Below are positions 19,334-37,335 of a DNA stretch of 64,000 nt, in pieces. The DNA comes from the human T2T-CHM13v2.0 reference genome, Homo sapiens. Within the stretch, counting starts at the first letter, position 1. Each line of letters starts with the position of its first letter. The stretch is taken from NCBI RefSeq assembly GCF_009914755.1, contig NC_060925.1; one strand, given 5' to 3'. The notes under the pieces were generated by a model. The model did not search any database. It saw nothing but the letters and a program-made list of their open reading frames with translations, and was not told where the DNA came from. Both the position numbers and the translations under genes were made by a program.

Positions 19334-19440
19334 CTCACTGATGGCTGCTTTCATCATAGCTACCACCTATTCATTTGTGAACACATCCTAGAGAAAGATG
19401 AAATTTCAATTTATGCAACAAGAGTTAGTCAACCAGACCA
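19334..19440 (-). pseudogene. Duplicated copy of GON4L exon 5 plus its acceptor (pseudo-exon) in intron 6
   Basis: Ungapped match to 22373-22479 with about 12 mismatches by hand count and the first 33 nt identical; acceptor tctttctctag retained; reads [17 protein letters not shown]. Confidence 0.9.
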
Positions 19441-19769
19441 AAAAAAGTGATGTGATTGCCAAAAACAAAGGTCAATTTGACCTTAGGCTACATTAGGAGA
19501 AATATGTAATCTGGAACACTGTGGAGATAATCTAACTACTAGTCAAACCATATCTGGTTCAGTAGAGTCTTCTTTTGGCATACTTTTAAAAGGATATGGG
19601 ACGGGCACAGTGGCTCACGCCTGTAATCCTAGCACATTGGGAGGACAAGGCGGGCGATCACATGGGTCAATTGGAAACCAGCCTGGCCAACATGGTGAAA
19701 CCCCATCTCTACTAAAACTACAAAAATTAGATGCGTGTGGTGGTGCATGCCTATAATCCCAGCTACTCA

Positions 19770-19901
<132 letters not shown>

Positions 19902-20314
19902 TCATGCCTGTAATCCCAGTACTTTGGGAGGCCAAGGCGGGCAGATGATTTGAGGTCAGGAGTTTGAAACCAGGCTGGCCAAACATGGTGCAACCCCATC
20001 TCTAATAAAAATTTTAAAAAATACAAAAAAATTAGCCGGGCATGGTGGCACGCACCTGTAATCCCAGCTACTCAGGAGGCTGAGGCAGGAGAATCACTTG
20101 AGCTTGGGAGGCAGAGGTTGCAGTGAGCCAGAATTGTGCCACTGCACTCCAGCCTGGACGATGAAGCAAGACTCCCAAAATAAAAAGGGGGGGAGAAATT
20201 GGGGGATGTATAGCCAAGAAAAGAATGTTATGAAATAACATACTAGTTTTCTTCAACTGTAGGAAAAGTAATGTGGAAGAATACACCAATTCCTTTTCTT
20301 GCTTTTTTTTCTAG

Positions 20315-20509
<195 letters not shown>

Positions 20510-20612
20510 TAAGGCAAATCTTCCTTACTATCAGAAATATAATGAACTCCCTCATGACTATTACCTGCCTTGTAAGCACAAACTAGTCAAGTGCTTATTA
20601 AGAAGGATATAG

Positions 20613-21119
<507 letters not shown>

Positions 21120-21483
21120 TGAGGGATCCCACACCAAAGTGATTTTTATGCAACTGGCCCCTGGAACACACTATGAAAAATACTAAACACTTTGCAACAT
21201 GTGTTGTAACATAAATAGAAAAACTGGTCTCACCTATTGATTTCAACTATTCCAAATGGTTATCTATCTAGCAATTCCAAAAAGCAATGCTTCATATCTA
21301 CTAAAATAAACTATGATTATCATAGCTTATGATCATGTAGAAACAATTCTACTGTCTTTTATAAATATTTCTTTAAAGAGGCAAATTCAGACCACAATCT
21401 TTCCTATATTTTTCCCTATGGGTGAATTAGATCCTATTCACCAAGCTAAAAAAAAACCAACAACAAAAAAACAGAATACTTAC

Positions 21484-21534
21484 CACTCCTTTTTCCACTA
21501 CTTCCTTCAGTTTAGAGCGTGTCATTTTAGGCTC
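21484..21534 (-). CDS. GON4L: GON4L exon 6 (51 nt)
   Basis: EPKMTRSKLKEVVEKGV; ttttctccttag acceptor, gtaagt donor. Confidence 0.93.
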
Positions 21535-22351
21535 CTAAGGAGAAAAAAACAGAAAGGAAATCCTCAATAAAAATCACAGCTCAGTGAGGTGGCTCATGCC
21601 TATAATCCTAGCACTTTAGGGGCCAAGGTGGGAGGATGGCTTGAGGCAAGGAGTTTGAGACCAGCCTGAGCAACAGAGTGAGACACCCTCCCTACAAAAA
21701 AATTGTTTTAAATTAGCTGGGCATAGTCGCATGTTCCTGTAGTCCCAGCTACTCAAGAGGCTGAACTGGGAGGATCGCTGAGTCCAGCTTAGGAGTTTGA
21801 GTCCAGCCTTGGTGACAGAGCAAGACCCTGTCTCTAAAAAAATAATAATAATAAAATAACAAGGCCGGGCGCGGTGGCTCACGCCTGTAATCCCAGCACT
21901 TTGGGAGGCCGAGGCGGGCGGATCACAAGGTCAGGAGATCGAGACCGTCCTGGCTAACGTGGTGAAACCCCGTCTCTATTAAAAATACAAAAAATTAGCC
22001 GGGCGTGGTTGCAGGCCCCTGTAGTCCCAGCTACTCAGGAGGCTGAGGCAGGACAATGGCCTGAACCCGGGAGGCGGAGCTTGCAATGAGCCAAGATCGC
22101 GCCACTGCGCTCCAGCCTGGGTGACAGAGTAAGACTCCGTCTCAAAAAAAAATAATAATAAAAAAATAATAATAATAATAAAATAACAAATAAAATAAGT
22201 AAAAATTACCAAGTAATTCTTATGTTTTGAAATGCTAACTTTAACCCCAGCTGCCAAACTGTTTACAAACTCCTAAGTGACCTCCTACCCTTAGCCAGTT
22301 TAGAGATAACTCTGTTCCAAGACATTAAAAGAGTGATAATCAACTACTCAC

Positions 22352-22426
22352 AAACATTGGCATATCTTCCGTCTCACTGATGGCTGCTTTCATCATAGCT
22401 ACCACGTGTTCATTTGTGATTACTTC
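22352..22426 (-). CDS. GON4L: GON4L exon 5 (75 nt)
   Basis: [25 protein letters not shown]; tctttctccag acceptor, gtgagt donor. Confidence 0.93.
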
Positions 22427-23163
22427 CTGGAGAAAGATGAAATTTCACTTTATGCAACAAGGGTTTGTCACCTAGACAATACTCATCTCTCCATGTAACT
22501 GTCAGACCTATGTACAGGACAAATGAGAACCATATACTCGAATAGCATCAGACTGGGGTAAAGCAAGGCAACTGAAAGCAAAGAAGGCAGAAGTAAGTTT
22601 TGGCCAGAACCACACAGTTTCAAACAATGTAGCAGCAAATGAACCAATCTCATTAGCTGCTACTAGGAACAGGAATGGCTCACATAAAAGGAGATCCTGA
22701 GGTAAGTAACTATATGCTTAAGAGAAAGAGTAACAAGAGCAAAGGCTCTGCAAATAGCTGTGTTGCTACATATCAAGAAAAGTATTTACATATGTACAAA
22801 GTGCAATAAACTATTAACCAGGCATCTTTTTAGACATATCGACCCACAAGAGTAAACCCACTATGAACATTATCAACATTGAATCTACTAAACAATACAG
22901 TAAATATGAAAATCAGTGGAAGGAAACAGGAACAGTTTATCTTTCCAATTAAATTCTTCTTTAACATGTGTTCATATTTCAAACTTGTACTGAGTGCAAG
23001 GAGAAAGCTATCTTAAATATGTAAAAATGTAAAATGTTCTGTCACGGGTAACCCACAAAATCGGTAATTCACGTATCAAGAGTCAAGAATTTGCTGAACA
23101 TTTTTATATGCTTTCCATGAAAAAGTTCCCTTCCATTTACATAACTGCCCCAGTCTTACTCAC

Positions 23164-23354
23164 ATGAAGGATGTTTCGGACATTGACTGCTGTTAGATTG
23201 TGCTGCTTGGCACCATCCTCCAAGGTACGGTCAAGCATGTCATCCAGTTTCAGGTCATATGCCAAGGTCCCTTCTTGACCCCTTCCATCTCGTTTCCTCT
23301 TGGTACCCTTTTTCTTTTTTCTCCTTTTCTCACTTTCTTCATTGTCTTGTTCTT
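23164..23354 (-). CDS. GON4L: GON4L exon 4 (191 nt), basic NLS-like segment
   Basis: (E)[23 protein letters not shown]...NVRNILH; tttgcag acceptor, gtgagt donor; restores phase 0. Confidence 0.95.
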
Positions 23355-23617
23355 CTGCAAATAAACCAAGAACATCATCAGAATTCCAAAATAGCTGCTC
23401 CAGGAACTTAGCCCAGAAAGCCAACAGTAAAGTGGATAAATCTCAAAAGCATTATGCTGTGAAAGAAACCAGATGTAAAAGGACACATATTATATGACGG
23501 TATAACAAGTATAGAACATTTGCATAGAAGATGCAAAACTATGGAAATAGAAATCAGTGCTTGCCAATGTTTGAGAAAGGGGGATAGCAAAGGGGAATTA
23601 GGCAACTTTTGGGGTGA

Positions 23618-23851
<234 letters not shown>

Positions 23852-24664
23852 TAGTAGAGATAGGGTTTCTCCATGTTGGTCAGGCTGGTATTGAACTCCC
23901 GACCTCAGGTGATCCACCTGCCTCAGCCTCCCAAAGTGCTGGGATTACAGGCATGTGCCACCACGCCCGGCTAATTTTGTATTTTTAGTAGAGATGGGGT
24001 TTCTCCATGTTGCTCACGATGGTCTTGAACTCCTGACCTCAGGTGATCCACTCGCCTCAGCCTCCCAAAGCTCTGGGATTACAGGTGTGAGCCACCGTAC
24101 CTGGCCCAACTGTACATATTTTTCAAAACTCATCAGATACATTTTATTTTATATCTCAATAAACCTAATGAAACTTACCACATTAACAAAATGAAAGAGA
24201 AAAAAACATGATCTTAATAGAGATAGGAAAAAGCATTTGATGAAATTCAATATATGAAAAAACTCAGAAAACTTAGGAAAATTATTTCCTTAACCTAAAA
24301 AATATTTCTATGAAAAGCCTATAACTATCCTCATATATAATGAAGGAATACTGAACATTTTCCTGTTTTGTCCAGAAATAAGACACAGATGTCGACTACC
24401 ACTACTACTTACAACCTACATAGCAATGAAGGTCTAGAATATGCAATAAGAAAAATTACGTGTCCATTTTAAAAGCATTTGCCAAAGTGAGGCTGGACGC
24501 AGTGGCTCACACCTATAATTCCAGCCCCTTGGGAGCCCAAGGCAGGTGGATCACCTGAGGTCACGAGTTCAAGACCAGCCTGGCCAACATGGTGAAACCT
24601 CGTCTCTACTGAAAATACAAATTAGCCGGGCATGGTGGTGTGTCCCTGTAATCCCAATTACTCA

Positions 24665-24790
<126 letters not shown>

Positions 24791-24969
24791 CTAAATCAAA
24801 TAAAGAAGTCTTTAGTCATGTGTCTGTGTTATGTTTCACAATAAAAAATTTAGTATTTCAAAAGAATTTTAAGGATGCCCAAACTTATAAGCTAGCATTT
24901 CCACCCAACGAAAAAGAAGTACACATGTTCAGCAAAAAATCTATAGAATGTTCACAGCAGCACCACTCA

Positions 24970-25407
<438 letters not shown>

Positions 25408-25522
25408 TCATGAGGTCAGGACTTCGAGACCAGCCAGACCAACATGATGAAACCCCATCTCTACTAAAAATACAAAAATTAGCAGAGGAGTGGTGGAGCG
25501 CACCTGTAATCCCAGCTACTCA

Positions 25523-25768
<246 letters not shown>

Positions 25769-26310
25769 TCATGCCTGTAATCCCAGCACTTTGAGAGATC
25801 AAGGAGGGACTGCTCGAGCCCAGAAATACAAAACCAGCCTGGGCAACATAGTGAAAACCGTCTCTAAAAAAATAATAATAATAAAATAAAAATGAAAATT
25901 AGCCAGGCATTGTGGCGTGCACCTAGAGTCCGAGTTGCTGGGGAGGCTGAAGTGGGAAGATCACTTGAACCTAGGAGTTCAAGTTGCAGTGAGCTATGAT
26001 CATGGCACTGAACTTCCAGCCTGGGTGACAGAGCAGTACCTATCTCTAAAAAAAAAATTAAAGAAAAGAAAACATACATAAACTATTCAAACAACAGAAT
26101 GATATACAGCAATAAAAATGAACAATCTACAAGTACATCCAAGAATATGGATGAATTTCATAAAACAATGTTGAGGCCGGGCACGGTGGCTCACGCCTGT
26201 AATCCTAGCACCTTGGGAGGCCGAGGCGGGCAGATCACCTGAGGTCAGGAGATCGAGACCAGCCTGGCCAACATGGTGAAAGCCCGTCTCTACTAAAAAT
26301 AAAAAAACTA

Positions 26311-27012
<702 letters not shown>

Positions 27013-27172
27013 TTAACCCAGGAGGTCAAGGCCACAGTAAGCCGTGATGGCACCACTACACTCCAGTCTGAGTGACAGAGTGAGACCCTGTCTTTAAAAA
27101 AAAAAAAGGCAGTTATAAAATGTACACACGATTCCATTCAAATAAAAGACAAAAAGACAGAACAACTGGCTA

Positions 27173-27337
<165 letters not shown>

Positions 27338-27721
27338 CTACTCCGGAGGCTGAGGCAGAAGAATCACTTGAACCCAGGAGGCAGCGGTTGCCGTGAGCCA
27401 AGATCACGCCCCTGTACTTCAGCCTGGGCGACAAGAACAAAACTCCGTCTCAAAAAAAAAAAAAAAAAAATTGAACCAATATATGATGCTAGACATCAGG
27501 ATAGTGGTTAACCTATGGGTAGAGGGTAATTGAAAGGGAAGACAAGATGGACTTCTGGGTATTGATAACATTCTCTATCTTGATCTGGGTCCTGCTTACA
27601 AGGGTGTATTAAATTTGTAAAAATATAGTGAATTCAGGATATCTTAGGACATGTGCAGTTTTCTACATATTATACTTCAATAAAGAGGTTTCATTTAATT
27701 AAAAAGAAAAAGAAAGCCTAC

Positions 27722-27913
27722 CCATTGGAATGAAGAGTCCACCATCTTCTATCTCTTCCTCAGGTTGGTGAAACAGAGTCCTGAGTGGCTTTTCTTGAGG
27801 AGAGGCACAAACATCTGGCTGGGTTGATTTCCTGGGCTGGCTTACTGGTTTTGCAGATTGGCTGCCTGATGGCAGGGAAGGTATCTCCCCTTCAGAATTC
27901 ATTTGAGGTTTCC
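27722..27913 (-). CDS. GON4L: GON4L exon 3 (192 nt)
   Basis: (G)[14 protein letters not shown]...GLFIPM; ttcttccag acceptor and gtaggc donor; phase 1-1, continuing exon 2 in frame. Confidence 0.95.
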
Positions 27914-28355
27914 CTGGAAGAATCACAAATATTGCTCCACACTTTGACCATTCTCAGTCATACTCTGTTGTAGAATTTAGCATCTTATTATAGTGTTTTT
28001 AGGTAGACAACTTCATGAATTAAGCATATACTATATAGGAATTTTCCTCTCTTAAATCAAAGCTCAGATCCAATTTACTCATCTGTAAACTCAGGGAGTT
28101 AAACTAGGTAATTGCTGAGGTCTTTTTATTTCTAATATGCTTTCAGTTTTGCATTTTTTCCTATGAAAAATCAGACTTGTAAAGGAAATTCCTGATGACA
28201 TTTTATATAGATGACCATTAACACCATATTTCATCAACTATAAATATAATCATAAAATGCCCTGACTTTGTAAATCAATTTGGCAGAGCAGAAGAGTAAC
28301 TGTCACCATAAAATTGTAAATATATGGTTCTACAGTTCATTAGACAACTTTCTCA

Positions 28356-28748
<393 letters not shown>

Positions 28749-29164
28749 CTAGGCCAGGTGGCTCACACCTGTAATCCCATTACTTTGGGAGGCCAGGGCA
28801 GGAAGATCGCTTTAGCCAGGATCCAGGAGTTCGGGACCAGCCTGAGCAACATTTGGAGATACCTTGTCTCTACAAAAATATAGAGCTCTAAAATTAGCTG
28901 GGTGTGTTGGTACACACCTGTGGTCCCAGCTACTTAGGAGGGTGTGGTGGGAGAATCACTTGGACCCTGGAGTTCAAGGCTGCAGTGAGCTGTGATCATG
29001 CCATTGCACTCCAGCCTGGGTGTCAGAGCAAGACACTGTCACACACACACACACACACACGCAAAGAAATATTCATGTAGTATTAAAAGTAGGCTGGGCG
29101 CAGTGGCTCACATCTGTAATCTCAGCACTATGGAAGGCTGAGGCAGGCAGATCACTTGAGGTCA

Positions 29165-29341
<177 letters not shown>

Positions 29342-29578
29342 TCACTCCAGCCAGGGCAACAGAGCGAAACTCCATCTCAAACAAAACAAACAAACAAACC
29401 AAAAAAGAATGCTGGGCACAGTGGCTCACGCCTGTAATCTCAGCACTTTGGGAGGCTGAGATGGGTGGATCACTTGAGGTCAGGAGTTTGAGACCAGCTT
29501 GGCCAACACGGCAAAACCCCGTCTCTACTAAAAATACAAAAAATTAGCCAGGCATGGTGGCGGGCACCTGTAATCTCA

Positions 29579-29722
<144 letters not shown>

Positions 29723-30781
29723 TCAGAAATCAGGCTATCAAGGAAATAGCTTGCATATATACAGAAAATCCCTGGACTATACACAAAAAATTGTTTAACA
29801 GTTACCTGGGAAGAGGACTTGGGGAGCAAGAGTACAAAGTGAAAGGATGCCTAAATTTTCACTGTGTACTTTTTATATTTCTGAATTTTTTCCCTAGTTT
29901 GTGTATTACTTAGTTGAACATTTTCTTTCAAAACACATGGCCAGTCTTTATACTTGGGTCTCACTCTGTCGCCTAGCCTGGAGTGCAGTAGCATTGTTAT
30001 AGCTTACTTCCATCACACCATCCAGCTAAATCTTCTGCTTTAATGGTGTTTATTCTAATAGAATTTTACTTGTTCTTCTGAATTTGACTTACATACCCTA
30101 ATTTCCACTTATGCTTCTCCTTTCTTTGCCTCCTAAAAGTGAGTAGCATGATTTTAGCTTATAATTAGTTGATTTGTACTGTTCTCAGCTAATTTTGATG
30201 TTATGATCAGCCAGGCATGGTGGTTCACACCTGTAGTCCTAGCACTTTGGGAGGCCAAGGTGGGCGGACTGCCTGAGCTCAGGAGTTTGAGACCATGCTG
30301 GGTAACATGGTAAAACCTCGTCTCTACTAAAATACAAAAAATTAGCCAGCCGTGGTGGCAGGTGCCTGTAATCCCAGCTATTCAACAGGCACGAGAATCA
30401 CCTGAACCGGGGAGGCAGAGGTTGCAGTGAGCCAAGGTTGCAGTGAGCCAAGGTTGCACCACTGCATTCCAGCCTGGGCGACAGAGCGAGGCACTGTCTC
30501 CAAAAAATAAACAATATAAATTAAAAAATAATAATTTTGATGTTATCAACATACAGTTCTCAGGCTGGCAGTACATAAGTTACAGATATGCTCTGAATAA
30601 GGTTTGCTTTCTCTATTTCTCTTATTCTGCTCAGCTTCTCTTTCTGAGGTCTTTTAGCATCCAGCATATCTATAAAGGAAGGTGGGGTCCTAAAGGGCTC
30701 TAGGAAGGGGAAATAAATTGAAAAGCATTGTGGAGTCAGAGGGGAAAAAAAGGTTGTAGAAAAAAGGAACATTTCCTCTAG

Positions 30782-31054
<273 letters not shown>

Positions 31055-31074
31055 TAACTCCTGACCTCAGGTAA

Positions 31075-31513
<439 letters not shown>

Positions 31514-31783
31514 TAGGCTGAAGTGCAGTGGTACGATCTCAGCTCACTGCGGCCTCAACCTCCTGGGCTCAAGTGATCCTTCCACCTCAGCATCCCAAGT
31601 AGCTGAGACTACAGGTTCCTGCCACCATGCCCAGCTAATTTTATTTTATTTTTGTAGAGATGGGGTCTCACTATGTTGCCAAGTCTGGTCTTGAACTCCT
31701 GGCCTTAAGCAATCCTCTCACCTCAGCCTCCCAATGTACAGGGATAGGTGTGAACCACCATGCCTGACCCCAAATATTTTTTA

Positions 31784-32191
<408 letters not shown>

Positions 32192-32336
32192 TTATGTGTG
32201 GCTTCATGCCTGTAATTCCAGCGTTTTGGGAGGCCAAGGCAGAAGGATTACTTGAAGCCAAGAGTTAGAGGTTGTAGTGAGCCATTATTGTGCTACTGCA
32301 CTCTAGCGTGGGCTACAGAGTAAGACTCTGTCTCGT

Positions 32337-32373
<37 letters not shown>

Positions 32374-32874
32374 ACAAAAAGTTATTTCTAGTTGAGCCCA
32401 GTGGCTCATACCTGTAAGCCCAGCACTTTAGAAGGCTGAAGCAGCAGGATCATTTAAGGCCAGGAATTGTAGGTTGCAGTGAATTATGAGACCTCACCTG
32501 TTAAACAAACAAACAAACAAAAAACATTTCTATGCTGGGCAACTTATAGAGACCTTGTGTCTGCAAAAAGTCAAAAAAAAAAAAAGCTGGGTGTGGTGGT
32601 GCAGGTCTGTAGTCGCAGCTTTTTTTAGCTGGATGATGTGGCTCCTGCCTATAGTGCCAGTTACTTGGTAGGATCAGTTCAGCCCAGGAGTTAGAAGCTG
32701 CAGTGAGCTATGATCGTACCACTGGACTATAGCCTGGATGACAGGGTGAGACCTCATCTCTTTAAAAAAAATAAATAAAGAAAAGGTTTAAACACTAATA
32801 CCTGCAGTCAAGAAACATGATTTAGGCTGGACAATGCAAACCCAGGAGGCGGAGCTTGCAGTGAGCCGAAATCA

Positions 32875-33234
<360 letters not shown>

Positions 33235-33293
33235 CTAGCGCAGTGGCTCACACCGTAATCCCAGCACTTTGGGAGGCCGAGGCAGGTGGATCA

Positions 33294-33659
<366 letters not shown>

Positions 33660-34333
33660 CTAAAATGTTACTTAAAAGAAAGTAAAACAACAAAAACACA
33701 TACTAAACAGCAGGGCTACGGGTGATTTTTATTTTCTCCTTTAAAGTTTTCAATATTTTCCAAAGTAGATATATGTGAATTGTCAATCTTTCTTTCTTCC
33801 TCTCTGTTTTGTGTTACATTATCTGATTGGCAAAAAAAAAAAAAAAAAAAGTTACTTGAAGAAAAATTCTGGAGAGACACTCATAGTGTACTTTTATTGC
33901 TATTACTTGTATATACAACTAATTAAAGTGCAAAGTAGTATAATCAATTTTCAGTTCTCCAGATTAATGAAGGGGAGTGATATCACAGATAATACTAAAC
34001 AATAAATGTTTATTTAAATCCGGATATCTGTGAACTGATTTTTAAAATCTCTTAATTACACTTATCAATAACTGAGTGACTATGAACCCATAGTTATTTA
34101 TCCATTCCTTCTCTAGCATTTTAATCTTATAATTTCCTCCAGTTCCTTCTGACAACTTATCTTGAAAAAATATGCAATAATCTCGCTGCCTTCTCTAGCT
34201 ATTTCTCACCCATTCTCCCACTGCAAAAAAAGGAAGGAAGGCCAGGCATGGTGGCTCACACCTGTGATCCCAGCATTTTGGGAGGCCGAGGCGGGCAGAT
34301 CACAAGGTCAGGAGATCAAGACCATCCTGGCTA

Positions 34334-34712
<379 letters not shown>

Positions 34713-35395
34713 TTACAGACAAGGTCTTGCTCTGTCACCCAGGTTGCAATGCAGTGGTGCGATCAGAGCTCACTGCAACCTTGAACTCCTGGGCTCAAGC
34801 TATCCCCCTAGCTACTCCTGAGTAGCTAGGACTACAGGGATGCACTACCACACTTGGCTAATTTTTAAAATTTTCTGTAGAGATGGAACCTAGCTATCTT
34901 GCCCAGGCTGTTCTTGAACTCCTGGCCACAAGATCCTCACACCTTGGCCTTCCAAAGTGTTGGGATTACAGGTGTGAGCCACTGTTCCCAGCCCCATTCC
35001 TTCCTCTTTAACTGCTTCATATAATGTCCTTTCCCCAACAAACTCCTGAATCTACTCTCCAAGATCATCAATCTTCAAATGTAACCTTTTTCTCAGGTAT
35101 TATCCTTATCCCTCCTTTGCTACTAAATTTTAAATTTACATTTTAAAGTACCTTGTTCTTAAAGCTCTCCTTCCTCTTTTCACTTTTACTATTACTTCTC
35201 CAGTTGTTCCTTCTCTGTTATCTTCTTCCTCAAGGCAAGGTTGTCTTCAATCCACTGCTCTTCCCCCTCCATGTCTGTTTCCATGGAGAAGAACCATGAC
35301 TAACACTGAACATTTCTAGTCCTTGCCTCTTACTAAACTTCAATCTCAGATTTCTATTTTTGCTTGCTGGCCCTATTGTCACCTCACATTCCATT

Positions 35396-36745
35396 TGAGG
35401 TAGGAGATCAGCAGGACTTGTTTTCCAAGCACTGTTCGAAAGACCCCGCTGAACAAAACAGGAGCTGATCAAAGAAACTGGCCAAAACCAGCTAAAAGCA
35501 AGATGGTGATGAAAGCCACCTCCTGTTGCCCTCCTTTTATCTGCATGCTAAAAGAACCTCCTACCAGCACCATGACAGTTTACAAATGCCATGGCAACCC
35601 CCAGATGTTACCTTATATGGTTTAAAAGGGGAGGGACTCTCAGTTCCGGGAAGTCCTCGCCCCTTTTCCAGAAAATCCATTAAAAATCCGCCCCTTCGCC
35701 TCTGCCCGGCTGCCCCTACTGGGAAGTGAGGAGCCCCTCTGCCCAGCCAGCCGCCCCGTCCGGGAGGTGAGGGGCGCCTCTGCCCAGCCGCCCCTACTGG
35801 GAAGTGAGGAGCCCCTCTGCCCGGCCACCACCCCGTCTGGGAGGTGTACCCAACAGCTCATTGAGAACGGGCCATGATGACAATGGCGGTTTTGTGTAAT
35901 ACAAAGGGGGGAAAGGTGGGGAAAAGATTGAGAAATTGGATGGTTGCCGTGTCTGTGTAGAAATAGGTAGACATGGGAGACTTTTCATTTTGTTCTGTAC
36001 TAAGAAAAATTCTTATCCTGTTGATCTGTGACCTTACCCCCAACCCTGTGCTCTCTGAAACATGTGCTGTGTCCACTCAGGGTTAAATGGATTAAGGGCG
36101 GTGCAAGATGTGCTTTGTTAAACAGATGCTTGAAGGCAGCATGCTCGTTAAGTCATCACCACTCCCTAATCTCAAGGACCCAGGGACACAAACACTGCGG
36201 AAGGCCGCAGGGTCCTCTGCCTAGGAAAACCAGAGACCTTTGTTCACTTGTTTATCTGCTGACCTTCCCTCCACTATTGTCCTATGACCCTGCCAAATCC
36301 CCCTCTGCGAGAAACACCCAAGAATGATCAATTAAAAAAAAAAAAAATCCGCCCCTTATTTTAGCATATAATCAAAGTATACCCATATATATATGGCTAT
36401 ACAGGTCTCATGCTTTTGAGGGTCACTGTTGGCCACCCCCTAGGTGCTCTGGGATTTTCGTCATTTGGTATGGGGACCCTCATGGGCTGATGCCTGGATA
36501 CTCTGGGTATTTTGGCATTTGGCACCGTTTCATTTTTTTTCCATGTTGTCTTTGTATACATACAGCTAGCCAGCAATCCGCAGGTCTGCTGCTGCGGCTG
36601 CTTCTCTTACAGAGCAGCCATTTCCCTTCCTCTGTTGCTCTAATAAACTTACTTTCAATTCACTGTTGGCCCATTCATGATTCCTTCCAGTGCGAAGCCA
36701 AGAATGCTCCTGGGCTGAGCCCCAATTTGGGGTTCACCTGCGTCA
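35396..36745 (+). mobile_element. 5' LTR (MER41/MER66-like), interrupted by SVA
   Basis: TG...CA termini; contains CCATGACAGTTTACAAATGCCATGGCAAC...GTTACCTTATATGG as in MER41-type LTRs; AATAAA near 36641; homologous to 45988-49128. Subfamily not certain. Confidence 0.85.
35697..36342 (+). mobile_element. 5'-truncated SVA (VNTR end + SINE-R + poly-A)
   Basis: GCCCCTACTGGGAAGTGAGGAGCCCCTCTGCCC VNTR units; SINE-R ending CACCCAAGAATGATCAATTAAA; A-tail; exact 15-bp TSD AAAAATCCGCCCCTT (35682-35696 and 36343-36357) at a TT/AAAA site. Confidence 0.96.
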
Positions 36746-36750
36746 TTCCT

Positions 36751-36768
36751 TGGTGACCATGAAGAGAC
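36751..36768 (+). other. Primer binding site, tRNA-Arg-like
   Basis: TGGTGACCATGAAGAGAC, 5 nt after the LTR end, resembles TGGCGACCACGAAGGGAC with CpG decay. Confidence 0.65.
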
Positions 36769-37047
36769 CAATAATAAGCCAAAAGGAACTGAGGGAGACC
36801 TTTAGCCAGACCCTAAATTAAGACTGATTGGGTTGAGCACCGTGGCTCACGCCTGTAATCCTAGCACTTTGGGAGGCCAAGGCAGGTGGATTGCCTGAGC
36901 TCAGGAGTTCGATACTAGCCTGGGCAACAGAGCAAAACCCCGGCTCTACTAAAAATACAAAAAATTAGCCAGCCATGGTGGTGCACGCCTGTAGTCCCAG
37001 GTACTTGGGAGGCTGAGGCATGAGAATTGCTTGAACCCAAAGACTGA

Positions 37048-37335
<288 letters not shown>

